Shown: piece by piece, positions 12,720 to 25,988 of the stretch
Position numbering within the stretch: the stretch's first letter is position 1
Layout of the letters: the number at the start of each line of letters is the position of its first letter
From: Paecilomyces variotii
Taxonomy: Eukaryota
DNA length: 64,000 bases
Direction: 5' to 3' (one strand)
Assembly: GCA_004022145.1 (NCBI GenBank)
Contig: RCNU01000012.1
The notes under the pieces: generated by a model
Told to the model about the DNA's origin: nothing
The model's input: only the letters and a program-made list of their open reading frames with translations
Database searches by the model: none
Made by a program: the position numbers and the translations under genes

Positions 12720-12787
12720 CTTATCTTCGCTTCCCCCCGCGGAATATCTCCGCCGTTAGATAAGAGCAAGCTTAACCCCACCTATCA
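12720..12787. promoter_or_regulatory. Cluster of three HGATAR (GATA-factor) sites upstream of the 2OG oxygenase
   Basis: TTATCT 12721-12726, AGATAA 12758-12763 and CTATCA 12782-12787, about 350-420 bp upstream of ATG 12367; TATATATATA-like element near 12496-12505. Confidence 0.35.
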
Positions 12788-13703
12788 GGCTGTGTGAAGG
12801 CCGAATACCATAAGCCGCGGGGTATACAGAGATGGCATTCCGTAGTAAGTTCGGAATCGATGTGAGTACTGTCTGAATCGATATCTTGAGGCCATGTCTT
12901 GATTCATGGCAATATTTACGTTACGATTTTCTAGTCTATACTCTGGGGCTGTGAAGCCACCGCCGTATACATTGCCTCTTTCTCCTTGGATGATTGATAT
13001 GCGCGGCAGACTACTTGAAAAAATGCAGAGAAGACGTCCAATAGATTTATCCATCATATTTCATTTCATCTATTTGGATACATAGGGGCTCATGGACATG
13101 CTTTATGCCGCACAAGCAGAAGCTGGCTAGGCAACTGCTCTAACCCCGCAAGGCGACTTCGAGAAATGTGGACGGCCGTCAGCGTACATTGCAAGGAAGA
13201 ATATCTTTTTTTGTAATCCCTCAACCGTTCGCACCCGATCGACAGTAGTCACTCCGTCTGTCTTGCCACAACTTTGACCGTAAGCGTAAAACTGCATCAT
13301 CTGCGATATGGGCAAAAGCGGAGTAAATAGAACAATAGTAAAACGGAGAAGCTTGAGAAAACCGCAGTGACGGAACAACAAAGACCAGGGAAACCATAGT
13401 AATTCTGAGGAACCTTTAATAGTCGGATAGCAGTAAAGGACCAAACGAAACCGTTTCCGCCACGAGATGTGCCTCCCCCCAAACGCCGTCCGATTGGTAG
13501 TAAAAGGCGGGTATATCCAGCACCACGATGCAAAATGTACGGAGAATAAAAAGGAGCGATGAAGGAGAAAGCGGACGTTAAACACGACACTCCCGCATAA
13601 AGATATTTTTTTTTTCCGTCGAGATTGTCGCCGTCATTTAGTTGGACTTTCCGCCCGGAGCGCCCCAAAAGATTATTATGTCGAAAATTTCTATCCCTCT
13701 CCA

Positions 13704-15216
13704 TTATCTGGCCCCAATGCCGAACATGCCGACACCATAGCTGCCACTCCGTTCAGGTATCGGGGGCGGGCCTCTAGGAATATTGTCCTGAAAATTATTA
13801 GTACTCCAGCAGTCCAAGGCAGTCCAGGTATTATCTATACCTTCTTCCGCCTTTTCTTGCCGGATTCGCTGTTGGAATACAAAGCGTCATCGTCATCATC
13901 CACGTAGCCCTCGCCATAGCCCACGAAACTATTATCATCATAATGTCTCTTGCGCCCACGACTCGGTCGAGTGCGCTCGGGTTCTGTAGCAGTCGGCGTG
14001 CCATTCGGTTGACTGGGTTGTCGAGCAGCGTTTGGAGTCGCAGCGCCAGACACTTTCTTGCTGTCTCCGGGGCCTGGATGCTTCGGTGGCTTTTCATGAC
14101 CCAAAGCATCCTCCCAGAACTCGTGGTTCGGAACCGTTCCCGGTTCCATCTTCATGGCCTTCATCTGCAGCTTGTAGAATGCTGAGTCGAGGTCTGCGAC
14201 CCGTATCTCCTTGCCAGAAACCTTTTGGTTCTGCCACTCCTCCTCGGGCCACATCGTCAGGTCCCGCAGGCCGCCAGGCGCTCCCGGATCATGCTTGACG
14301 GGTTTATTCCTTCCCGCCAAACCGAGGCCTTTAAGCTTTCCCTCATAAGACTTCCTGAGCCGGTTGATCTTCTCTCCCGTGACGGGATCCGTCCTGGCAA
14401 CGGATTTCGCGATGGGGCCTAGTCCATAGAGTGACACCAAATCCCAACTTGGATCTGGGCCTGTCATGGTATGGGCTATGAATAGGAACATCGCGTTAAC
14501 ACACGTCCACAACCAAGGAGAGAAACCAGAGTGTATATGTTGGACGGGGAAAAAGACCGCCACGGGGAAACCTTACAAGTTTTGCAGAGATGGAAAGCTG
14601 GGCCAAAATCTTTCTCTAGAGAGGACAAACTGAATTCTCCTTCGTCTCGAGAAATGCCCGCTCCTCCATCCACGTCCATCGCGTCTTCATCTTTGACTGT
14701 TGTTGAATCATTCAACTTCGTCCTTCCCTCTCCTCCCCGCTGTCGGTCATGATCTGACCGGTGATGTCCCGAATCGTCCATCGTCATTGAGTCTGCCATT
14801 GATCCCGAATCCTGGCCCTGTATCCGGGCGCCCGATTTCTCCGCATTCTCTAGATCTTCCGCAGATGCTGTTCCCATCAGGTGACCACTGACGCTGCTTG
14901 CTGGAGTAGGAAAAGAGTTTGTCGCCGCTACAGTCGGCTGCTGCGACAGCTGCGTAGACATCGGAGTTGAGGAAGGAGGTGAAGAGAGAGGTGCTGTTTG
15001 TGACGTCGTCGTCTGGCCGGGTGATGCCTGTGTGGTAGTGAAGCTGGAGGCATAGTTTTGAGACCCGACTGACATCAACGGAGGAGATGTGGGTGTCTGT
15101 GGAGTGTGATCGATCCCAGAAAGCAGCGGTTGGGTCGCCTTGCACGATCCAGCCGCTGGAGACGATGGGGAGAGAGGTCCTGCTCGGTAGGAAGTCGTCG
15201 AACCCGAGACCGACAT
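13704..15216 (-). CDS. MED19: Mediator subunit 19 (Rox3)
   Basis: Exons 15216-14577, 14475-13841, 13787-13704. DLVSLYGLGPIAKSVARTDPVTGEKINRLRKSYEGKLKGLGLAGRNK core, KKRRKK NLS, and the GSYGVGMFGIGAR* tail typical of Pezizomycotina Med19. Confidence 0.92.
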
Positions 15217-16766
15217 GAGTTATCGGGAGCCGGTCAAGCGCAGAGAGTGCAGGCAGGAGCCTGAGCCGCCCAGAGTCTGTACCGACAACGAGATCTCGGG
15301 TCGCTGAATCGGCAATGAGGGCGAGAGAACGAGGTTGTGGCTGGGGTCTGCCGGGTGGAGGATGGCTCACCGGCCCTGGGGAGGTAGGATGCGACCGTTC
15401 TAGCAGAGGCACATTCCAATCAATCGACACGGCTGCCAGCAAGAAGACTGTGCAGGCAAGAGGATCGATAGGTAGACAGATGGTGAGGGGGATCGTAGGG
15501 AGGAGACTGATGGTCGGCGGTGGTTGTCGAGCGACGCCCTTTGTTCCTCAGTCTGGGAGAAAGCGACGTTACGAGGTGTTGGATGACGGCAAAGGCGAGG
15601 AGAGCCCGCGCACGTGACTGGCCGGGCTCGTTTCGCCTGCTCGCGGCGGCACGCGCGCTGGTTGGTCCGCGCCCGCCGGTTCTGGGCCATCGCGTCTCCA
15701 TGGGGGATTCTCATAGTTAGTTAATACCATAGTTAAATAGTTAAAAAGATAGCGGGTTATTACAGAATACAGCCACCATCACGGTGTTTCTTATCCATTG
15801 TCTCTATCCTAATTTCGTTGAGTATCCTATTATCAGGTCGCCCAGTCCCAGTCAACAAGTTGCTTGATTCTTTCTTCAGCGCATTGTCCTCGCTCGCATC
15901 GCACTATGTGAGGCTGGTCTCTAAGTAGTCCCGCAAGGCAATAGTTACCACTCGTAGTCTAGTGTCGGGAATTACTATGACCAGTGGGCCATGATATACC
16001 ATCCCTTCCATCTATCATCCCTACGGACCAGACAGTGACTGTGCTACTAAATCATTCCCGATTGTTACTATGGTCCCTAGCCGCGCAGGGATACAGTAGC
16101 CGGTGAGGGGGGCAAAAGTCCGACCAACCGGGGCGCATCCCATCCTGCTGGTCAACGAACGTTCGGTCCCGTGACACGTGCAGGCTTCCCACTCCTCCTC
16201 GACGAGCTTTTTCTGTAGTTGGCCGCGAAACTGAGAGATGGAGATGGTGATCTATCGACGGTGAAGGGGAATGGAATGCAACGTCTACCTTCTTGTCTGT
16301 CAAGATAAATGGCCTTTTTAATCATTTCCTAGTACTACGTAGTATGGCCAAGAAGCACACGAAGAATGGGTTTCAAACGGCTATGAGGGATGTACCCTTA
16401 TATAGAAGATGGGAAATAAATGGCAAATCATTCCGTCGAAATACAGGGTATTATTGCTTCCACACAGAGTCATCAACCTGTCATTCTCGTCCACAAGCAT
16501 ACCGATTCGGGAGACGTGACGAGATTATAGACCATGTTCGTGCACACATCAAATACCATCAGAAAAGCATAGCCAGATCTCGCAGGAGACCCTTTGTTTG
16601 CTACCACCAGGGTGCACCACAGAGATAACGAGCGCCTTGCATATGAAGCCCCAACTCGCTTATTGATATAATATGCCAAAAAGAAAAGCCGTCGCTGCCG
16701 TCCAGAGGCCGTCATGAGATGCCTTGTCCATCTATATATAGTGGGTAATAATCCAAGTCAGGAGGC

Positions 16767-19454
16767 TCACGATCGGTAAAAAGTAGCCGATTCGTTCACT
16801 AGATACGCAGAAACATCCGGGATGTCCTCCTCTAAGGACGCCATCAATTCGACTTGCTCTTGCTGACTGAGAGTCCGGTTCCGCCACGGAGGCACTGGAT
16901 ATGGCGCATTCGAATACTGCGAGTACTGATCACCGATACTGCCTAGCCACATCGGATCAACGCTTGCGTCCACATATGCTAGGTGGCTGGCAGTAGTCGA
17001 CGCAACAGTGAAATTCGGATCCCAGCCCGGAAGGCCGGGAACAACGGAGGGAAACGTATTAAAAGGGGTAGCAGGGTCGAATTCATAGCCGGCAAAGTTG
17101 GTGTTGAACGGTACATACGACTGGTTGCCGTAGTTCGCCTGCTCAACGCCTTGCTGGGTGGATACCTGAGACTGAACTGGCGGTGCAGTCGTGAAGATCT
17201 GTGGTATCTTCGATGCCTCTACCGCAGGTACGTTGGGACCGGAAGAGAAATGAAATGGAGGATCCGCTGAATGCCCCCTTGAGACCGTCCCCGTCGAGGA
17301 TCTATCTGAAATGGAATAATCACCGCGTCGGGGTTGTTGTGTTGAACGTATTGACGTGGTTGTAGTACTGGATGGACTAGACATCGGTGGTGGTGTAGCG
17401 ACGTCTTGCCCTGACGAGGGAGTCGCGTGGTTGGATGGTGAGTGTACCACGAACGAATCTGCGGTATCGTACGCTTTCAGGCACGCGGAGATAAGGCTCC
17501 TATACAGCCGCAGGGCGGACTCCACCCCGGGCCATCTTTCCGCAGCCAGTTGAAGTCCTTCAAGTGCCACATGGATGTACTCGAGCACTTCATCAAGAGG
17601 GTGTTCCTGCCGAATTTCTGGGTAAGATAGAGACCAAAGAATGGTATTCAGAGCCATGAAGAGAGATTGCGTAAAGATCCAAGTCAGGTCAACGGACCCG
17701 GTGGCAATCTGCTCGCGATGCATTCCCACATTAAACGCCGATGCTTCATAACACATCTGAGCAGCACGTAGGGAGGGCTCGGGAACCTGTGGGGATGGCC
17801 GAAACATGAAGACAATCATTGTATTACGTCGCCCTTTGAACCTGCAGGAAGGTGTTATTCGCATTTCTCTGTAGCGTCCGAATTTCCATGAGAGGATGCG
17901 CTTACCATTTCTCACTCAGACCGCTTCCTCCATCATTTTTCGGACAAGAAGCGACCCAGTCATCTAGCTTTGCGAGCATTTGTGTAAACCATGGATCCTC
18001 GTCGTTCACAGGAGTCTCTCGCTTTTTGAGATATAGAGTGCGTCTGATCTCTGCCTGCAGAAGACGCATTTTGAAGAAGTGGATGGCGATGCATTTGGCT
18101 AATACGGGCTTGGCCCCTGGCAAAACCCCTTCGGGTGTGATGAAGCGATCATCGACTAGCTCAAAGAATTTCACGTCAATGTGGTCGTGGCTGATGCAGA
18201 AGGCGCTGGGACGGCCCAAGCTATGGGAAAGGCCGTACTCCATGGAAGTGACAATCCAGAAAAGCCTCCTTCGCATTTCGATCTCAAGCGCATTCAACGG
18301 CTCACCGGTTGGTGATCGAGTGATTGTGGATTCTTCTGTCAGACGTAGGTCCTGGCAGAGTTTTACCGCTACGCCGACAACCCAGTATGCAGCAGTCCTC
18401 GTCGGGGTCAACAGGGAGTATTGAGCGATAAGGACCAAGCATTGGAGAGAGCCCAGGTCCATCCTTCTTAAGGAAGGCTCCAGGAATGGCAAAGCTGCCA
18501 GATAATAACTATCTGCCAAACCTGCATACGCTGTGCTTAGCTTTTGCATACTAATTGCAATGACAAGTCGCAGCTGGAAATTTTTGCAAGGGTCATCGCA
18601 GCCGTTGAAGACGTCTTCTACGTCTTGTCGGAACGATGGTTCGTGGAGAGTGGGGAGCATGTATTGTGCTGGTTATCATTAGCAAAGACCTGTTCAATTC
18701 TGCGTAGATAGGGAACTTGGGACGTACCCCGCACCACGAAGAGGTCGATAAGCCGATATGTCAAGTTTCGAGGTGGAAGCTCTTCCTGCGGCATGGAACT
18801 AATCATAGGATAAATCTTTGACGTTGGTTTAGAACTTTCCTTAGTGAAAGTATCCTTAATTTCCTGCGCTGTCACTTCGGGAACGACGTCTTTGATGCTT
18901 TTCGAGTCCGTGTTCTGCTTCGCCATCTCCATGACCAAACGGGTAATTGCGAGACCGCTGGATGGACCGAGATATTTGGGCTCGTCATTCTCCTTAAATT
19001 TGATACGGCCGGCACCTCGTACCATCATCTCCGCATTCGCAGCATGCTGTATGTCCCGCTCAGCTTCCGCAAGCTCCCTTTCTAACGTACGGGCTTTTTC
19101 CCTCAACTGTAGAATATACGTCCTAGGAATGGTACAATTCCTGGCAGGATCGTAGTATACACATCTCGCATTGCTCCGTTCACATGGCTCGCATCGTGGA
19201 ATTCCCGGATCGCATCTGGATTTGCGCTATCACAGAAGCCACATCAGTGGACGTCGCACAAAAGAAGGATTACAGGCCATTCCGTTACTGGCCTGATAGC
19301 CTAGACTCACCTGTCTACAGCGCGTACAAGCAGTTAAAGTGTGCGCAATCCGACCATCTGGAATGTGCACTGATTTCTGTGAACCTCTCGACGAAGAGTG
19401 CCTCCATGGATCCGTAAACTCGGGCCCGGACGGAGAGGAGTTCCTCTGCGCCAT
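16767..19454 (-). CDS. Zn(II)2Cys6 transcription factor with Fungal_trans domain (Ppr1/UaY-like clade)
   Basis: Exons 19454-19311, 19226-18728, 18668-17906, 17841-16767. CTRC-X6-C-X6-C-X2-C-X6-C cluster split by intron 1; YLGPSSG; EIEMRRRLFW...SLGRP middle homology region. Confidence 0.9.
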
Positions 19455-21102
19455 GGTTGAAAACCCCCGTTATCCCCAAACAAGGGCCACCAGTGTCGTC
19501 AAAGAGGGTTCGATGGTCTGTGTCACAGAGATTCTCCAGTCCGCCAAGTGACCTTGTTTCAAGATCCTAGATTGAAGAGATCGGAGCTCGGGCGCAATGT
19601 CGGGGTGAACAACGACGCCGTCATGATCTCCCTAGGAGCTGTCAGGACACGTCCGGGGCCCCAAACACAGCACGAGGAACAGGAGGGCTGGTCCTACGTA
19701 TATTTTTCACGTATCTGAGTTCGAATTGACCCAGCGTGTCTGGTTGATCGGATGCTGAAGTGGCTGTCGCCGATGGTCGGCGCCGCAGCCCAGATTGGCG
19801 CAAGGTGCAGTCCGTCTGTCGTCCGGCCTTGGTATCAGAGGGCAAGCGTCTCGTCCCCCTGGTCTGTATAGAGTAGAGTAGAGTAGAGCAGCCACTGCCA
19901 GCCAGAGAATCTGCCCGAAGCCTAGACTTTGGGGAGACGAACAATAATACTCGGTTCTCAGACTCACAGACTGCGCCGTTGTGAACGACGGCCCGTGACT
20001 CGTCTGGTGGGGCTGGCGTGGGGTCCCAGAGCAGAGTCCATCCGCCAAAAGTACTAGAGTCGAGTTCTGAACCACAATCCTACCACTAGCGACCTCTTAG
20101 TTGGCCTCTCATTCAACCTGCGTTGCTGACGCTTATCCGGCCTTGCGGTTGGAGGGAAGCAGAAGCGGTCGCTCTCTTGACGTCTAGCGAGCTAAATAAT
20201 CCTAGTCCAGCGCCCTTTTCCTATCACCCGTCTCTCCTGAGATATTATTATTACACCCGGACTGCGAATTGATGCACTGGAATGTGTTCTGTCTCTTTTC
20301 TTGGACTAGAGTATCCAACCGTTGATCACCATCCGTTGGTCTTATGTACTACATGATCGACGTTCCCCGTTAACGTCTCGAAGCTCAATCCGCTACTCGC
20401 ACTGGAGGAGGGACGCAGACGGAGACAACCGCAGCAGTCACTTAGTCGAACCCCTCCGCCGCATGCGCTGGATGAAAAAGCCTTGGGCCCCATCTGAGAT
20501 CCACCAATATTGATCCGTTGAACGCCTCCGCGGAGCAATCAAGCTCGTCAGTGTATCTCTTTCTCGTGGCATCTATCTGTCCGGCCCCTGAATGCTCGGC
20601 TACTGTGCACTACTTAGCCGTCGTGGAAGGCTTCACAGTTCACACAATATTGTTGTTGCCGGACAAGAACGCCAGTTCCGGCTCCGGCTCCGTGACACTG
20701 CGACAGCCCTATAGGATCCAGCCCACTAGTCGCCCGTCCATCACTGTCATCCAAATTTACCGATAAGGCTGGCTGCCATTCAGCTCATGCAGGTCCTGCG
20801 CCGGGCACCATCAGCTGCACGAAACGCGGTCTAACCAACTGACAGACAAACTAGTTGGCGGTGGTGAGGTCAGTTACATAATATGATCTCCTCGGTCATA
20901 TTCCATTTCCTGAACGTTTTTCTCTCAATTTGCACCGTCACCTCGCTCCTGTCCCGCAGTCCTCCAATTGCCGTTCTTCAGGCTTGTCTGTACTCTGCCG
21001 GAGATGGAAGCGATATAACCATAGTCAATATGCCCGTTAATCATGTATGTCTTTCCTGGACTAGCATGCTGACTGTTCCGTAGATAATGTCCGAAGACGA
21101 GG

Positions 21103-23107
21103 ATGTCCACAGCATCATTTCTGGAAAATCCTTTGCTGAAGGTCAGTCGACCTGTGGCAGCCTGCTCCAGGTGTCGCACCGCAAAGATCAAATGTGATGG
21201 GAAGCTACCTGCATGTTCTGCTTGTGAGAAAGCGGGCAAAGCAAGTAGCTGTTCCGGAGCGACCGATGAATTTGCCAAAGGAAAGGAAAGGAGCTATGTA
21301 GCATCTCTGGAGGGGCATTGCGAAAGACTCGAAAGGAAGATTCGTGAGGTCCGTCGTCGTCAGCAGGCTCTGACACAGGATGGCTCCGAAACTGCCCAGG
21401 AAAGTTCCATCACGTCCATCTCAGCGGGGGAATTCAGGGAGAAGGCACGCCGTAAGGAGGTATCTGATATAGATGACCTTGTTGGAGATTTTGGGTATTT
21501 GTAAGGAGAGCGATAGGCAGTGTCTGCGACCATCGCTAACCAGTCCCAGATCTGTCAATGCCACATCGAGAGATTTCAAGGGGATCACATCGCGGACTTC
21601 ATTTGCGCAGCTCCTTCTCACTGTCGCTATGGGAGAACCGCTTCCTCGACACCCGTCGAAGACCCTACCGCCTCGCCATGAAGCCACAGGACTTCTCGAA
21701 TTCTACTTCGATAATATATTCACCCAGCTACCGTTCTTTGCGGAGACAAACTTTTGGACCTCTGTAGATGCAGTATACCAGGAAGGTGGCCGTTTTGCGA
21801 AGCCCTTCGACCATTGGATTGTTCGGATGGTACTAGCCATCGCGTCCACTTCGTTTTCGCAGCAACGCGGCGACCAGGATCAAAAGAGAGCCCTCTCCTT
21901 GGTTTCCGCAGCATTGGATTATTCAGAGGATGTTCTTCACCCGGGATCAATACCTGGCATCCAAGCTATTCTATTGCTCGCCCAGTACTCTCTAGTTGAC
22001 CCCGAGCATTTTCGCAGCTGGTATTTGGTCGGATGCGCTGCTCGAGTCATGGCGGATCTTGGGTTGCATCAGGATCTACCTTCGGGTGCCATGGCAAAGG
22101 ATCGTTTGGAACTGCGCCGTAAAGTCTTCCATTGCATATACTCCTTAGACAGGTCCGTTACCTCTTCCTATGAGTGTGTTTACTACATGCTGATGTGCCC
22201 AATCAGATACGTGAGCACAGTGTCACAGCGGGCCTTCACATTCTCAGACGACTCCGTCAGTGTTCCTCTGCCTCCTATCACACCTTCATCTACACAACCG
22301 GCCGCCTCGTACCAGAATCATGTCTTCCTCAGAAGCACTGAACCGGCGTTCTATCTATTCCAGATACGTCGCATTCTGTCATCCGGCTATCAAGAGATGT
22401 TTTTCAATAATCATAATCCGTCACCGCAACCACTAGTCCTCACATGGACAATATGTGCGAAGGCTCGCGACTGGTTTAACAAGGCCCCGAAGAATGCACC
22501 ACATTTCTTCACTCTCCTGTATCGCCTAGAGCTGCTTTATACCATTGTCGTGGCAGTTTCCCCATCTCACCGGGATCCTTCGATTTGCGATTTCAGCAAA
22601 ACTATACTCTTCGACCGGGCCATTGATTACATCAGTCAAGTCCATCATGTGATTGGGAACACTGGATCGTTACCATTTTTGACGTTCATCGATATTCAGC
22701 GAGTCGACTATGTTGGGCGACGGTTGATCGATCTGCTGAGCCAAGACTATGAGCTGCTTCTCAGCAATTCTATCCCCGAACCTCCTCCGGTACCAGCGGG
22801 GACTCCAGAACCGCCCTATCTAGCACCGGAAGACCGCATCAATTGTCTTGGCAGAGCAGTGAGGTGTTTCCGCTACATTCGAGACATTTTGGAGTTCTCT
22901 GTGCGAAAATGGAATGCGCATGAGCTCTTGGAAAGATTTGAACTAGACTCGACAGTCGTAAGGCGGCGACTCGCAGAGACTCCTGCAGTTTATAGGGCCC
23001 CACCCCATACATCCTTTGTCACTGGGGAGAATATGCCATTGAATAGCTCCTCCGGTGGATATTCTGGATTTGGTCCTGGAAATATGACCTCTCGCAGACC
23101 TTATTGA
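21103..23107 (+). CDS. Zn(II)2Cys6 transcription factor with Fungal_trans domain (Stb5-like annotation class)
   Basis: Exons 21103-21500, 21550-22152, 22207-23107. VSRPVAACSRCRTAKIKCDGKLPACSACEKAGKASSC cluster; DIDDLVGDFGYLSVNATSRDF; DLGLHQD...LELRRKVFHCIYSLDR. Confidence 0.9.
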
Positions 23108-25555
23108 ATCTGCGTCCCCGCCCTAATGAACGGTCGCCCGACATACGGATTGAATGAGCGCCACGTTATCTGGCACCGTTCCTTCGGGAGGTGGAATCTC
23201 ACACTGAAGTCTGCCAGCAGGTTACACGTTGAGAACGCCTTTGTCATCAGTTCCTCGTGTCACTACAATCAGTGATGATTTTATCCTGAAATGAAGATAC
23301 CCAAATTTACGATTACAAGGAAATCTCAACGGCACAAATTATATATGCGACGGGTTGCGCTTTCGGCGTATGAACTCAACAACATTATTGTCTGTAATTT
23401 CAGGAACCGGTATATACGTACCCATGCATATTATATATCGCTTGTTGGTGCGGGTTTCTGCGATAACACGTCATATACTTCGAATATTGGGGAAATATTT
23501 CCAGCACTCTGAATAACCCATGCGCGTATATACAATGGATAGTACCAATGTCGAGGCATCGTGCAAGAAGAGGAAAGAAAGTCGTTACTGATAGTACACG
23601 CATGTATAGTATATATTGGCTTTCTGCAAGCTCAAGTCTCCGGCACTCTTATGCGATGCGGACCCGGACTGTTCGTAAGATGAGGATAGGATTATGGCAA
23701 TCTGGACTGGGGAATCCATACCAATCCTGCTCTTGCTACCTTTAGAATCTTGGGAGCACCTTCTGTGACCTACCAGGTACTGTAGCTCTTGCTTGCTCAG
23801 TATCATTCGTCACTGGAATAGCTATCCCGTCGTTGATATCTGGGGCGGAGTAAAATCCCGGCCAACGGCGTAAAGCGTAACCATCACGCCTCTCATGTGT
23901 AGGAGATAAACTCGACCTATTTAGTATATACTCCACCTTGATTGTATGATATAGCAGGTGAGGTCGATGAGAACAAGAATTTCCTCGTGAAGGCGTGTTC
24001 TTTCTTAACTACGTTATTTTCATATCCGCAGCTTTTTGGTAGGTTATGCTTTTGCGTAGTGGGTTATCTTTTTGCTCGTCTTACCCTATATACAGGTAAA
24101 ATGGTTGAAACAGACGAATTATGCGATCTTAACACTGCGCCTATGTCAACTGCTTCATAAGTCGAGAACCCATCGGCTGACAAGTCTACAATAGAACCAA
24201 TTATCGAATGCGTTATAAATGTATAAAATCAGTATAGTAATAGTACTTGAGAACTTGGAACTCTCCAGAGAAGGGCGAAAGGGCTGTGCTACTAAAGCAT
24301 TAGTCCACCTAAGCTAGTACCTGAATGACTATCTTCCAGAATAATGATCTCGGCACTCAAAGATAACAATACCTCAGCCACAGCGGCTTGCACTTCCACC
24401 TGATGGCGGTGTCTAGGTCTTGCATCGATCCTTGCGTCTTTTCCGATTGTAGGACGCGGAATAATGGACCGCAGGGGAACCAGGGTTCTTCTTCCAACTG
24501 GGAACAAGCAGGTCCCAGGAGATGACCAACGCGTTTTGACCCCGTATGGCTGTGCAAGCCTGCCACGACAGTGGGACCCTGGTAGAGTAAAGCTATGAGG
24601 TACCGCTGGCGTGGAAAGGTCCGCATACCTTTCAAAGCTCCCTACTGCAAATCAATAAACCTCTGTCGAATCGAGTGTCTCAAGATTCTCGAAATTATAT
24701 GACGACGTGGATCGGCCAAATTCGCCTTTCTTTGCTTCTGCTGTCGCGTGGTGCAGGATAGTTAAGAGTATGACGGAAGTCAAGGCCCTGTTCGATTATA
24801 TAATCCGGGCTGGGGGCCACAGAAAGCATCTCGATCATCTCATGGCGTAATTAGACAAAACCGGTCAGATATTGAATATTGATGTATCCCAATAGCTCAT
24901 TGTTGTGATGCTAGTCCCCCTGACTGCTACACAATAATCATATGCACCGCCACCTTTTCGTTCCCGGCGCGCGGGGGAGTATGTGAAATATTGAAAGTGA
25001 TAATCGCAAGGGGCGCGTACGTCTAGATCTTAGATTAGGGCCCACTCAAGTCCATATAGACTTAGAGTGATGGTTCCTCTGCGAGTCTGGGGCGACGTCT
25101 ATCTTATACAAGGATACCCACCACGGATGATAGAACCTTCGATCGCCGCCCGAGGACCTGTAAACAACAGCCTTGTCATCCTCCTGGGAGTCGGGACATG
25201 CTCTGGATCTGAAGTAGGGCCAGCTCCATTGAACGCTACAGGAAGAAATCGGATTATTCTCGCGGGTATGGAAGCACGAGCGGTCAATCGTACGAAAAAC
25301 AAGACGCCAAGTCTCCGTGTGGTCTATCGTTGCCAGTTACCTGTATTAGCCATGTCTCGGGCCTGTCTAAACACGTGAAGCTATAGAGCATGAACCCTCC
25401 CGGCGAAGTAAAAGGGCCCAGAACCAGGCGAGGAGGCTTGTGAATATCCGGAAATGGCAACACTACCAGGTCAATGGGTGGTTTTGTGTCCGTAACAGCG
25501 TGCACTCGAAAGACAGGCCATGCTTGATGTCGCGATGTCTAGTTAATTCGTGTCA

Positions 25556-25988
25556 TGACGTCAAATTGATGCGGTGCAGGCGCTGAGCAGGGAAGAAGTC
25601 GAGAGGATGTATCGACAGACAAGGTTTGAACTCACGATGCAACTCCTGAGCCGTGTGCGCCAATCTCTTACTTGAACAGGATAAGAGACACCTGCCGTCT
25701 CTTCCCAGCTCGATCCAGAAAAACGAGAACCGCCCGTGCTTTTGCTGTCATAGCTTCTTCTTGGCTTGGGCTCTTAGGGCTGGCCCACCTGGGAAGCTGG
25801 GGATGGCGAACGACGTAGGAAGACTAAGCTTGCCATTACTGCAGAGGCTGGAATAGCAGAGACGGGAACAGACAACAACCATGGCAGCGAGACGACGCTC
25901 AGTCTCTGCGTCCGTGTAAGTAAGTTAGTAAGTTATCCAGGAAGAATTCCGACGATGGGTTGTCCAGTGACACGACACCGTGACGTCA
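25556..25988. promoter_or_regulatory. Two perfect CRE palindromes (TGACGTCA), bZIP AtfA/Atf1-type sites
   Basis: TGACGTCA at 25556-25563 and 25981-25988, about 820 and 390 bp upstream of ATG 26379; TTATAA at 26091. Confidence 0.5.

Noticed and set aside
14747..15720. GC-rich 100-231 aa ORFs around the MED19 start
   Set aside because: Alternative-frame or antisense shadows of MED19 and its leader; an in-frame TAA just upstream of ATG 15216 rules out an extension.
23291..25500. Short ORFs between the TF pair and the DUF5923 gene
   Set aside because: No family signal, no terminal repeats, no transposase motifs.
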